64,000 nt of DNA from Mobula hypostoma (lineage: Eukaryota), in assembly GCF_963921235.1 (NCBI RefSeq), contig NC_086097.1, positions 152,894,001-152,958,000 on the forward strand, given 5' to 3'. Position numbers and translations under genes: made by a program. Positions 23,124-36,066 of this stretch are shown here, in pieces (positions within the stretch are counted from its first letter, which is position 1; each line of letters begins with the position of its first letter). The notes beneath the pieces are model-generated. The model searched no databases. It worked only from the letters and a program-made list of their open reading frames with translations, and was not told the origin of the DNA.

Positions 23124-25568
23124 TCCTCTCTCCAATTCTAAGCTCATACCTTCTGAATGTTTTGCTCTCACTCCCTCTGCGCTAATCCTAAACTTACCAT
23201 CAAACCTGCAGATAAGGGGGGCACTGTAGTTATCTGGTGGACTGACCTCTACCTTGCTGAGGCTCAGCAACAACTGTCAGACACTTCTTCTTACATACCC
23301 CTCGAACATGATCCCACTAGGACGCAGCAAGCCATTGTCTCCCACATCATCACTGACCTTATTAGCTCTGGGGATCTGCATTCCACTGTCACCAACCTCA
23401 GTTCTTGCACCCCACACCTCTTGTCTCTACCTCCCACCGAAGGTCCACAATCCTACCTGCCCAGGTAGACCCAATGATTCAGCTTGTTCCTGCCCCACTG
23501 AACCCATCAGTATACCTTGACTCTGTTTTACCCCTCACTGGTTCAGTCTCTTCCTACCTACATCCATGACACCTCACATGCTTTGGATCTTTTCAATGAT
23601 TTCAAGTTCCCTGGCCCCATCATCTCATTTTCAATATGGATGTCCAGTCCCTGTACATCTCCATCCCCCAGCTGGAAGGCCTCAAAGATCTCCATTCCTT
23701 TCTGGACACCAGACCCAACCAGTTCCCCTCCTCCACCACCGCTCTTCTCCTTCTAGTGGAACTTGTCCTCACTCTCAATAATTTCTGCTTTGGCTCCTCC
23801 CACTCCCTTCAATCAAAGGTGTAGCCATGGGTACTCACATAGGTCTCAGCTATGCCTGCCTTTTTGTCGGCAGTGTAGAACAGTCTATGTTCCAAGTTTA
23901 CACTGGTGTCACTGCACCACTTTTCCTATGCTACAGCGATTACTGCATTATTGCTGATTCTTGCACCTATGCCGAGATTGTCAACTTCATCAACTTTGCC
24001 TCCAACTTCAACCCTGCCTTCAAATATACAAGGTCCATTTTTGAACACCTCCCTCCCCTTACTCAATCTCTCTGTTTCTGTCTCCAGAGACAGATTATCT
24101 GCTGATGTCTATTATAAACCCACTGATTTTCACAGCTACCTGGACTATACCTTTTCCCAACCTCTACTTGTAAAATTGTCATCTCCTTCTCTCAATTCCT
24201 CTGTCTCCACCACATCTGCTCTCAAGATGAGTCTTTACATTCCAGAAAGAAGGTGATGTATTTTTTCTTCAAAGAAAGTAACTTCCCTTCCTTCACCATC
24301 AACGCCACCTTCAGCTGCATCTCTTCCATTTCACACACATCTGCCCTCACCCCTCCTCCCGCCACCCCACCAGGGATAGGGTTCCACTTGTCCTCACCTA
24401 CCACCCCACAAGCCTCCGTGTCCAGCACATAAGTTTCCGTAACTTCCACTGTTGCCAACAGGATCCCACTATCAAGCGCATCTCCCCCCCTCCACCCCCC
24501 ACTTTCTGCTTTCCGCAGGGATCACTCCCTATGTGACTCCCTTGTCCATTCATCCCTCCCCACTGATCTTCCTCCTGGCACTTATCCTTGCAAGCAGAAC
24601 AAGTGCTACACCTGCTCCTACACCTCCTCCCTCAATGCCATTCAGGGCCCCAAACAGTCCTTTCAGGTGAGGCAACACTTCACCCGTGAGTCTGTTGGGG
24701 TTATCTACTCTATCTGGTGCCCCAGGTGTGGCCTCCAGTACATTGGTGAGACCCGACGTTGTTTGGGAGACCGATTTGCCAAGAACTTATGCTCCATTGC
24801 CAGAAAAAAATGGAATCTTTCAATGGCCACGTATTTTAATTCCACTTCCCATTCACATTCCAACATGTCAAACCATTGGTCTCCTCTACTGTCACAGTGA
24901 GGACACACTCAGGTTGGAGGAGCAACAGCTTATATTCTATCTGTATAGCCTCCAACCTGATGGCATGAACATCAATTTCTCAAACTTCTGTAACACCCCC
25001 ACCCCCCTTCACCATTCCCCATCTCTTTTCCCTCTTTTACCTTATCTCCTTGCCTCCCCATTGCCTCCCTCTGATGCTCCTCTCCCTTTTCTTTCTTCCA
25101 TAGCCTTCTGTCATCTCCTACTAGATTCCCCCTTCTCTCTTTCACCAATCAACTTCCCAACTTTTCACTTCAACCCATCCCTCCCTCCCAGTTTCATCTA
25201 TCACCCTGAGTTTCTCTCTTGTCTCCTCTCCACCTTCTAACTCTGACTCCTCATCTTTTTCTTCCAGTCCTGCTGAAGGGTCTCGGCCTGAATCATTGAC
25301 TGTACTCGTTTTCACTGATGCTGCCTGGCCTGCTGAGTTCCTGAAGCATTTTGTGTGTGTTCCTTCCTGGGTTTATTTTTCTTCTGTGTTTCCCAAAAAT
25401 CATGCTATAGTTGGAACTTAAATATTCCATTCATCAGTTCTTACTGTGTTGATTGATGCATGAATTGACAAACCAAACAAGAAGGAAAATGTAGAAGGAT
25501 AAGGTACTTAAAATTTCTAAGAGAAAAAAGGATAATGTATATTTATTCTTAATGATAATAGCTGTAAG
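23124..25568 (+). repeat. 2,445-bp direct duplication, second copy (Penelope remnant plus flank)
   Basis: Copy of 17032-19476; followed by non-L1 sequence (CTGACAGG) rather than the L1 5' end. Confidence 0.95.
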
Positions 25569-25714
25569 CTGACAGGTTGAGAAAGATAAAAGTTGTTTGA
25601 TTATTATTATCATTTAAAAATCATCGTATTATTAATAAACTGCTGAAAATATATTGTTATCAAAACAAATTGGGACAGATCAAGAGCAACTTACAGGAAG
25701 AGTAATTTGACTAT

Positions 25715-27170
25715 CTCAAAGTCAAAGTGTAAGTAAAACTTATTATTGAAGAATGATATTCTACTTCTGGCAGGCATTTAGAGGAAAATAAAGAAATACA
25801 ATAGAATTTATGAAAATAAACAATACATACAGACTGATAAACAACCAACGTGCAAAAGAAGACAAAGTGTATGAATAAAAATAACACGAGTTGTAAAGAG
25901 TCCTTGAAAGTAAGTATTGAAAGTATATTGTAGGGTCAGTGTGGTGGTGAGGTGAGTGAAGTTATCCATGCTATTTCAGGAGCCTGATGGCTGTAGGGTA
26001 ATAACTGTTCCTGAACCTGGTAATGCTTCTATACCTCCTCCCCAGTGGTAGTAGTGAGAAGAGAGCATGGCCTAGATGGCCTGGATGAAGGGGGTCTTTT
26101 CTGCAGCAGCGCTCCTGGTTTTCCCTGTTATTGACTGGGCTGTATCCACCATTTCCAGTAGACCTTCCTGGGCATTGGTGCTTCCATCCCAGGCAATGAT
26201 GTAGTCAGTTCGGGTACTCTCCACTGTGCTTCAATAGAGGTTTGTCAAAGTTTTTGATATCATACTGACTCTACGCAAACTTCTAAGACATTAGAGGTGC
26301 TGCGGTGCTTTCTTTGTAATGGCACTTACGCCTTGGTCCAGAACAGATCCTTTGATATAGTAATGCCAAGGAATTTAAATCTAATGACCCTGTCCAGTTG
26401 CAGTTCCAATAACAAGGACTGGCTCATGGACATCCACTTTTTGCCTCCTGTAGTTGGTAATCAGCTCTTTGCTTTTGCTGATGATGAGTAAGAGGTTGTG
26501 TTGTGGCATTATTCAACCATATTTTCAATCTCTCTTCTATATGCTGATTAGTCACCATCTATGTTGGTTGTGATGAAACAACAACAGTGGTGTCATCAGC
26601 AAACAGGGAGTCAAAATGGCATTGAGCTCATCTGGGAGCAAAACCATGCTGTCATTTATGTTGCTTGGTTTTACTTTGTAGGAGGTGATGACATTCAAAC
26701 TCTACCACAGTTGTTGACCATTCCTCTGATTCAAATTTAGTCCAGAATTGCCACTTCACATGTGAGATGGCTCTCTGGAGGTAAGACTTGGACCTCTTTT
26801 ACTTTCCTTGGTTGCTAGAACTGAACACCCCCGATCTAGCTCTCAGCAGACTGTGGATCTCTTGGTTCAGCTAGGCTTCTGGTTGATGAAAACTCTGAAT
26901 GATTTTGTGGGTGCACACTCGTCTACTAGTGTCTTCATAAAGTCCATCACAGTTATGGTATATTCATTCTGGTCCTCTGACGAGTGCTTGAACTTGCCCC
27001 AGTCCACTAACCTGACATAGTCACATAGCCAATCCATTCCCTCTCATGAACACTTCTTTGTTGTCCTTACCTCTTGAACCTTGCTCTTCACTCTCTGCCT
27101 ATATGCTTGTATGAGGAGAATAGCCAGAGGATCAGATCTCCTGAGATCCTGCTGGAACAAGGTTGGTTAA
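25715..27170 (-). mobile_element. Degenerate Rex1/Babar-like LINE
   Basis: Minus-strand FADDTTVV (~26585-26605), FKFLGI and ITKKAPQHL-type remnants, plus a Rex1-like 3' UTR. Confidence 0.65.
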
Positions 27171-27284
27171 TTTAGTCATGTATGCATCATTCAGCCAAAA
27201 TTAGTTTATCAATTTTCTAGTAGCTGGTCTCGAACTGAAACTAGAAACTCATCAAGTGTTTTTGCTATTGATGCCTATAAGTAC

Positions 27285-28026
27285 TGTGACAGAGTCATGA
27301 ATTACCCCTATGAACTGTGCTTCTGAAAAGAGAGAGAAAGAGGTGCCCAACACAAACACCTTGTTAAAAAGAGAGAGAAAAAAGAGAGAATTTCCAGCAT
27401 CTGCAGAATTCCTGTTGTTTGAGTTATTTAACACCGTTTTTAAGAGAGAGATGGAGATAGCTTTGGATGATGTTATGGGTTTTCTGCAGCATGTTTACAT
27501 TTCTACAAGGATGCTGCCTGCTTGGAAATTCTTACAGACAGAAAAGGGAGGAGCTGTTTGAGTGACAGTTAGTATTTGGCATGGTGAGATAAATAGAAGA
27601 TCAGATGAAATGGACAGATACATGGTTTTGGACACTGAATGAGCTTTGTTGTGCCCACAGAAAAACTGGGTTTTGGAGGATTGATCAGGTGGATCGATCA
27701 GTGGATCTCGCAGTGTGAAAAGGGAGTGACCGGTGGGGAGTTGTTTGTGTGCGACCCTCACCTGGGTTGATAATTCCGCCACAGAAGAATGGTCCCTTTT
27801 GTTGTGGTCACAGTCGGTGACTTCTAAAGGATTTCAGAGGACAACGGGAAGATTGACGGCGTCAACTCACCTGAAGACTCAAATCTCTCCCTCTCTCTCT
27901 CTCTCTCCATCACTCTCAACTCAATACCACGAACTGAGCTGAACTTACTCATTATAGTAAGACTACCTATTTACCCCTAGACTTGAAGAAGTTTGATTTT
28001 CATACATTTCCACACTTTTACACACA

Positions 28027-28081
<55 letters not shown>

Positions 28082-28226
28082 TCATTGATAACCTGTATGA
28101 TTTATCTGCATTCATATTACTGTATTGCGTAGTTACTAATAAATACTATCAGTTAATAGCAATACTGGACTCCAAACGGTGTTCTCTTTCTGCTGGTTCT
28201 GTTAACCCGTCACGGGGTACGTGACA
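27285..28226 (+). mobile_element. Solo LTR (Gypsy-like) containing a (CA)n microsatellite
   Basis: TGT...GTGACA termini, near-TSD GTAC/GTAT, AATAAA near 28138, (CA)n at ~28020-28070. Confidence 0.7.
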
Positions 28227-29332
28227 GTATGTTGCTGAGAGTCTAATTAAATAAGAAGAGTAACTTTCTGTCTCCACACTGCCAGCCAAGGGCACAACTT
28301 AGGCAAGCAATTTTCAATCAGCTAAATAATAGAAAACTGCCCATAGTGTGTGCATTTAAAATGCTGATGTGCTGTCTCACCAGCTGAACTTCCCTCAAGC
28401 AGTGCAAAACACGATAATTAGTCTTGTTAATAGTTGCTGTAATGATGTTACAAGAGAACACAAGTGACCAACAACCAGGACAATGAAAGCATATTATTTT
28501 ACAGCACTCATTTCATCAGAGTTCTAAACAGAATGAGTAACAAAGGTTAGTACAATGGGCTCTCTACCCTCACATTTACTCATCTTATACTTTCTGTCAT
28601 ATATTACATCTAAAATTTCTGCACATTTTTCTTTAATAGTATCCTTCAAATCATGCTTACCCATACCTTGCTCATATGTCTATTCCATTTACTATTCTAC
28701 AATCCCCTCTGCTACTTGAGTGTGGCTTGAGAGTTATTACAATGACATTTTATCTTCTAACAAATGTAAACATAATTGTGTGAAGAAAGGCTATGGAGCA
28801 GCAGTTCCAAAAGCTATCAATACGGAAAATGCATCAGACAATTACTGAACTGAAAAGATCTTCAGACGCACTCTTTGAAGTTTGAAGCCATATAAAGGTA
28901 GAGTTTTCAATGGGAGACCATATATCTTCAAACAGCTTTGTATCTATCATCATTGTAACACAAAATATAAGATCAGGTATTGACAGAAAGGATGGGCGGC
29001 TTGCCACAAACTGCAGTTCTGCAATTGACTCCAGGAAACAGTGTAACTAAAACCCCATGGTTATTGCCAGATAAATTCGTAAAACTCTGCTGAGATAATT
29101 GGTAGCTGATGGGTTTAAGCTTTCTGACTCCTGAAATTGGTAATCTCTTTTAATTTTTTCTGTATCATTTTTGAAATATTAACCTGGATTTTGCAGTAAT
29201 ACTAACGGTTAGGCTAGCAGTACTTAATATTTTTAAGGAATAAGCTAGACAGTAGTTGTATATAGTAGCTAGAAATCTAGAAGCTGCTGTCAGTTTATTG
29301 AAGTAGGTAGGGCATTGGAGCTCTCACCAATA

Positions 29333-29966
29333 GCAGACATCCCACCCTGCAAAAACTCATTTCAGGGAGGTAGCACCATCAATTTGTGGGAGGCTTCCGG
29401 AAGAGGTGGGATGTCTGCAATAGAGTAGCTCCTTAGCAGCTGGCCAGCTAGTTTAAATAATGTTACCTATGCTAATGAACGAATGACACCTGTTAAACTC
29501 ACCTCAACATGTCTTAACCCACCATGGGTAATAGAAAAGTCACTGTTCCAAACAGTGCAGCGAGCAACACTGTCATTATTTTGACCCCTATTAGGCAGGG
29601 GTACACGTTAGTGTAGTCTGGGGTGACATACGTTTTTTTTTTGGAACACTCTGCCATGGCGCGCTCTTGCTCGCTCTCTCTCTCTCATGGTCGCTCGCGC
29701 GCTCTCAAGCGCTCTCGCTTGTTTTCTCTCCCACTCACTCTCTCTCCCTCTCTTGCTCACGCGCTCGCTTGCCTTCGCTCTCGCTTGCTTTCTCTCACGC
29801 GCGCGTGCTCTCTCTCGTGGTCGCTCTCGCGCTCTCTCTTGCTTTTCTCTTGCTCACTCTCAAAAAAATTGATTTCCGTGATATTGTATATAATTTGCGG
29901 GCATCAGGGAGCCACTATTAATATGCAGGAGACTCCCGGAAGTTCTGGGAGAGGCGGGATGTCTGC
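29333..29966. mobile_element. Unclassified MITE with 5-bp TSD
   Basis: TIRs GCAGACATCCCACC / GGCGGGATGTCTGC; TSD CAATA (29328-29332, 29967-29971); internal CT/CG-rich low-complexity tract ~29655-29860. Confidence 0.8.
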
Positions 29967-30869
29967 CAATAGTCTCCATAGTGATGCAAATGCAATAGTT
30001 TGGAACTGAAGTGCTTGTAGACCCAAGTGACTGTGATGCTGGAATTTGGGGGGTGGGGGAGAACTGCTGGAGAGTATCAGTGGTTTAGAGTACATGTGGA
30101 GGGAAATGGACTGTTAGTGTTTTGGATCATGACCCTTGCTTCCCCATGAAAGGTGATTATAAATATTAGGGTTCATGCATTCAACAGCAAATGATTTTTG
30201 AGTGGGTATTCTATGATTATTATTTACTTACTTTTCTACCCCTAAAAAAAAATCCAAGTTTCACTAACCACTCTCTCAAAAGAACAGCGGTACTGATATA
30301 AATACTGCATTTCTAGCCCTAACTGTATTTCAAATTTTATATTTCATACTTTATCATTTAATTAGAAAAGAGCCTTGCACGTTTTATACTTCCCAATTTT
30401 GTTTTTTGCCTTACAATAAAGTTTTTAAAAGTGATTTGTTGAATACTCTCACTAGAACTTGACCTCTCTGTCAACTGTTATGCCCTGCTGATGACATCAC
30501 ATTGGAACAAACATGATTTAGAGGGAGCTATCAGAAATGTTAATAGAACTATCCCTTGCTGTTAATAATGAATTGTTGTATTAATAATGCTTCAAATAGA
30601 AATCTTGCCATTAATTTCAATCTTAAGGTGCAGAAGAGTCTTAATCTGTTAGTCCTCATGTAAGCTAATAAAAGGCAATATGGTTAGAACTCCTTTAATG
30701 CCACACTCAAAATGTTTTATTACAGTCATAGAGTAATACAGCACAAAAAAAGCCCTTTCAGACGAACTGATCCATGCAGACAAAAATCCCAACTAGCTAC
30801 TCCTATTTGCCTGTATTTGACCTATAACCCTCTAATATTTTCCTATCCATATACCTCTCCAGGTGCCTT

Positions 30870-32345
30870 TAGAATCAGAATCAGGTTTAATCGTTTAATA
30901 TCACTGGCGTATGCTGTGAAATATGCTGCTTTGTGGCAGCACTACATTATAATACATATTCAAAAAACTATAAATTACAATCAGAAATATGATCATGGTG
31001 GGGATGAATCTGTTTCTAAAATGTCAAGTGTGTGTCATTCGCTGCTGTCCCTCCTCCTTGTCGGCAGCAATGAAAACGGTGCCTGACCTGGGTGATGGGG
31101 GTCGCTAATGATGGATGCTGCCTATTTGAGGCATCGCCCTTTGAAGATGTCCTTGAACCATGATATAAAGCAAAAATCATTGGTACCATCCCTTTTGCCA
31201 TCATATGGAAAAAGTAGATATTGAAAGTTTCAGCAAATTCTTAATTTGCGGCCGCTCCAAAATGATATCGTATTTGTGAGTAGGTACCATGCACAATCCT
31301 GATTTGATGGAGACAGAAGCACAGATGAACATCTGGAGAAACTTCTGAAATGCCTGCTTCGCTGCCGTTGCTACTGTGCGATCGAGAATCTCTGGAGGGG
31401 AAGGCCCCAGATCCTTAGCTTTGCCTATTGCCTGTTGCTGGGGCTGGGGTCGAAGCGCTTGGCAGTGATGGTGCTCGGTGCTCGGTGTCAGAGGGCTGGT
31501 CGGAGGCTCGAAGTTTTCGGACGGACTCAAGAGTCGGTTGTGGTCGGTGCTTCCAGGGTGCTGCATCGGCAAGTTTGCGGCGCTGGAGATTCATGGCGGG
31601 AAGAGAGTTTACCTTCCTTCTACCGTCTGCATGAGATGATGGGACTTTCGAGAGACTTTGAGAATTTTTTTTACGGTGCCCATGGTCTGTTCCTTATCAA
31701 ATTGCGCTATTGCTTTGCACTGTTGTAACTATATGTTATAATTATGTGCTTTTTGTCAGTTTTTTTAGTCTTGGCTTGTCTTGTGTTTCTGTGATATCAT
31801 TCTGGAGGAACATTGTATCATTTCTTAATGCATGCATTACTAATTGACAATAAAAGAGGACTGCGTGTCCTCATAATCTAATCTAATTTAATTAAAACAA
31901 AACATTTTTCCTTAAACTCCTAACAAAATATAGCAACCGTCATGCCTTCTTTGCAATTGTATCAGGATAGATTTTCAGAAATATTGACACCCAGGGACTT
32001 GAAACTCTTCACCTTTTCTACTGCTGATCCCTCGATGAGAACTAGCGTGTGTTCTCTTAACTTCCCCTTCCCACAGTCTACAATCAGTTCCTTGGTCTTA
32101 CTGATGCTGAGTGCAAGGTGGCTGTCGTGACATCATTCAACCAACTGATCTATCTCACTCCTATATGTCTCCTCATCACCATCTCAAATGCTGCCAACAA
32201 TATCTAGGTCCTCAGCAAATTTATAAATGATGTTTGAGCTGTGCCTATTCATGCAGTCATGGGTGTAGAGAGAGAGTAGAGCAGTGGACTAAGTACACAT
32301 CTTTGAGGTGCGCCAGTATAAATTGTCAGTTGGAAGGAGATGTTC
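30870..32345 (-). mobile_element. Rex1/Babar-like fragments (30870-31160 and 31940-32345)
   Basis: AGAATCAGAATCAGG tail; minus-strand FKSLGVNISE and FAEDLDIVG-type remnants. Confidence 0.55.
31248..31883 (+). mobile_element. Short non-autonomous retroposon with (AATCT)n tail, second copy
   Basis: Homologous to 3896-4531; ends AATAAAAGAGGACTGCGTGTCCTCATAATCTAATC; TSD TAATTT (31242-31247, 31884-31889). Confidence 0.8.
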
Positions 32346-33060
32346 TACCTGCCTCAACTGCTTCCTCTGTCAGCTCATCGTCTATGCTGAGTACCCTCTG
32401 GGTGAAAAGTTGCCTCTCAGATGTCTGGAAATGTTAGTAAAAAGAATATGCTTCTAAGTCCTGTAAATACTTTCAAATCTTTCTGATGGCTCGGTAGATA
32501 TGTCTTTATTTTGTAGAAATTACTTGAGGATAAATTAAAATTAGCTTTGTGGAAGCTGTCCTTCATAAAAATTGTTATGAATCCAATACTATGCAACTTG
32601 GTCATTTTTTCCAGGTTCTGCCAGCACTTTCTGCCTGTGGGTCCAGGGAATACAAACTTTTCTCATGATTTTAACAGGATTATTTACACCTCAAAAATAA
32701 TGTAGAATTCTCATTATGTATCCACTTTACATGAATGTTTTATTTGTCATTCATGTTCTAACTGTAATATCTGATTGAAATAATCAACTCAAAACCTTAT
32801 AAACTGTCAAATGGCCCATTAGTATTCATCTGGCTTCCTGGCATTCCTGCTGCTCTGTTAGTATTGATGCTATTATCATACAATAGGAAAATCCCAGTTT
32901 TTTATATACTATTAAGATGAAAGACAATAATTTCGAAAATTATTCTCCCATGTCCCTGCCACTGCTTATACATTTTCCATGCCACTGTGTGGGTTTCCTC
33001 TAACTGCTCTGGTTTTCTCTCACGGTACAAAGATGTAGTAGTTGGTAGGTTAATTAGTTA

Positions 33061-36000
33061 GAAACATAGAAACATAGAAAATAGGTGCAGGAGTAGGCTA
33101 TTCAGCCCTTCGAGCCTGCACCGCCATTTGTTATGATCATGGCTGATCATCCAACTCAGAACCCCGCCCCAGCCTTCCCTCCATACCCCCTGACCCCCGT
33201 AGCCACAAGGGCCATATCTAACTCCCTCTTAAACATAGCCAGTGAACTGGCCTCAACAGTTTGCTGTGGCAGAGAATTCCACAGATTCACCACTCTCTGT
33301 GTGAAGAAGTTTTTCCTAATCTCGGTCCTAAAAGGCTTCCCCTCTATCCTCAAACTGTGACCCCTCGTTCTGGACTTCCCCAACATCGGGAACAATCTTC
33401 CTGCATCTAGCCTGTCCAATCCCTTTAGGATCTTATACATTTCAATCAGATCCCCCCTCAATCTTCTAAATTCCAACGAGTACAAGCCCAATTCATCCAG
33501 TCTTTCTTCATATGAAAGTCCCGCCATCCCAGGAATCAATCTGGTGAACCTTCTTTGTACTCCCTCTATGGCAAAGATGTCTTTCCTCAGATTAGGGGAC
33601 CAAAACTGCACACAATACTCCAGGTGTGGTCTCACCAAGGCATTGTACAACTGCAGTAGTACGTCCCTGCTCCTGTACTCGAATCCTCTTGCTATAAATG
33701 CCAGCATACCATTCGCCTTTTTCACCGCCTGCTGTACCTGCATGCCCACTTTCAATGACTGGTGTATAATGACACCCAGGTCTCGTTGCACCTCCCCTTT
33801 TCCTAATCGGCCACCATTCAGATAATAATCTGTTTTCCTATTTTTGCCACCAAAGTGGATAACTTCACATTTATCCACATTAAATTGCATCTGCCATGAA
33901 TTTGCCCACTCACCCAACCTATCCAAGTCAGCCTGCATCCTCTTAGCATCCTCCTCACTGCTAACACTGCCACCCAGCTTCGTGTCATCCGCAAATTTGG
34001 AGATGCTGCATTTAATTCCCTCATCCAAGTCATTAATATATATTGTAAACAACTGGGGTCCCAGCATTGAGCCTTGCGGTACCCCACTAGTCACCGTCTG
34101 CCATTCTGAAAAGGTCCCGTTTATTCCCACTCTTTGCTTCCTGTCTGCTAACCAATTCTCCACCCACACCAATACCTTACCCCCAATACCGTGTGCTTTA
34201 AGTTTGCACACTAATCTCCTGTGTGGGACCTTGTCAAAAGCCTTTTGAAAATCCAGATATACCACATTCACTGGTTCTCCCCTATCCACTCTACTAGTTA
34301 CATCCTCAAAAAATTCTATGAGATTCGTCAGACATGATTTTCCTTTCACAAATCCATGCTGACTTTGTCCGATCATTTCACTGCTTTCCAAATGTGCTGT
34401 TATCACATCCTTGATAACTGACTCCAGCAGTTTCCCCACCACCGACGTTAGGCTAACCGGTCTATAATTCCCCGGTTTCTCTCTCCCTCCTTTTTTAAAA
34501 AGTGGGGTTACATTAGCCACCCTCCAATCCTCAGGAACTAGTCCAGAATCTAACGAGTTTTGAAAAATTATCACTAATGCATCCACTATTTCTTGGGCTA
34601 CTTCTTTAAGCACTCTAGGATGCAGACCATCTGGTCCTGGGGATTTATCTGCCTTCAATCCCTTCAATTTACCTAACACCACTTCCCTACTAACATGTAT
34701 TTCGCTCAGTTCCTCCATCCCACTGGACCCTCTGTCCCTTACTATTTCTGGAAGATTATTTATGTCCTCCTTAGTGAAGACAGAACCAAAGTAACTATTC
34801 AATTGGTCTGCCATGTCCTTGCTCCCCATAATCAATTCACCTGTTTCTGTCTGCAGGGGACCTACATTTGTCTTTACCAGTCTTTTCCTTTTTACATATC
34901 TATAAAAGCTTTTACAGTCTGTTTTTATGTTCCCTGCCAGTTTTCTCTCATAATCTTTTTTCCCCTTCCTAATTAAGCCCTTTGTCCTCCTCTGCTGAAC
35001 TCTGAATTTCTCCCAGTCCTCAGGTGAGCCACTTTCTCTGGCTAATTTGTATGCTTCTTCTTTGGAATTGATACTATCTCTAATTTCTCTTGTCAGCCAC
35101 GGGTGCACTACCTTCCTTGATTTATTCTTTTGCCAAACTGGGATGAACAATTGTTGTAGTTCATCCATGCAACCTTTAAATGCTTGCCATTGCATATCCA
35201 CCGTCAATCCTTTAAGTGTCATTTGCCAGTCTATCTTAGCTACTTCACGTCTCATACCTTCAAAGTTACCCCTCTTTACGTTCAGAACCTTTGTTTCTGA
35301 ATTAACTATGTCACTCTCCATCTTAGTGAAGAATTCCACCATATTATGGTCACTCTTACCCAAGGGGCCTTTCACGACAAGATCCCTAATTAACCCTTCC
35401 TCATTACTCAAAACCCAGTCTAGAATAGCCTGCTCTCTAGTTGGTTCCTCGACATGTTGGTTCAAAAAACCATCCCGCATACATTCCAAGAAATCCTCTT
35501 CCTCAGCACCTTTACCAATTTGGTTCACCCAGTCTACATGTAGATTGAAGTCACCCATTATAACTGCTGTTCCTTTATTGCACACGTTTCTAATTTCCTG
35601 TTTAATATCATCTCCGACCTCACTACTACTCTTAGGTGGCCTGTACACAACTCCCACCAGCGTCTTCTGCCCCTTGGTGTTACGCAGCTCTACCCATATC
35701 GATTCCACATCTTCCCGGCTTATGTCCTTCCTTTCTATTGCGTTAATCTCTTCTTTAACCAGCAACGCCACCCCACCTCCCCTTCCTTCATGTCTATCCC
35801 TCCTGAATATTGAATATCCCTGAACGTTGAGCTCCCATCCCTGGTCACCCTGGAGTCATGTCTCTGTGATCCCAACTATATCATAATCATTAATAACAAT
35901 CTGCACTTTCAATTCATCCACCTTATTACGAATGCTCCTTGCATTGACACATAAAGCCTTCAGGCGCTCTTTTACAACTCTCTTAGCCCTTATACAATTA

Positions 36001-36066
36001 TGTTGAAAAGTGGCCCTTTTTAATGCTTGCCATGGATTTGTTGGCCTGCCACTTTTACTTTTCTCC
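33061..36066 (-). mobile_element. Young CR1 (HER1-like) LINE, 5'-truncated
   Basis: (TTTCTATG)n tail at 33061-33080; 7-bp TSD TTAGTTA (33054-33060, 36067-36073). Confidence 0.95.
33156..35975 (-). pseudogene. CR1 ORF2 (APE endonuclease plus RT), essentially complete but with one nonsense codon
   Basis: 871-aa open frame with YRPP, GDFN, SDHN, PGPDG, LDFQKAFD, GVPQGS and FADD. Upstream CVNARSIRNK...GITET is in the same frame, separated only by TGA at 35856-35858 (ETW>ET*). Confidence 0.93.

Noticed and set aside
27388..27420. 33-bp Penelope terminus inside the solo LTR
   Set aside because: Too short to interpret beyond an abortive insertion.
29623..30009. Ser/Leu/Arg-rich ORFs
   Set aside because: Translations of the CT/CG low-complexity tract inside a MITE.
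35047..35823. 258-aa plus-strand ORF and other antisense ORFs at 33544-34976
   Set aside because: Antisense shadows of the CR1 ORF2.
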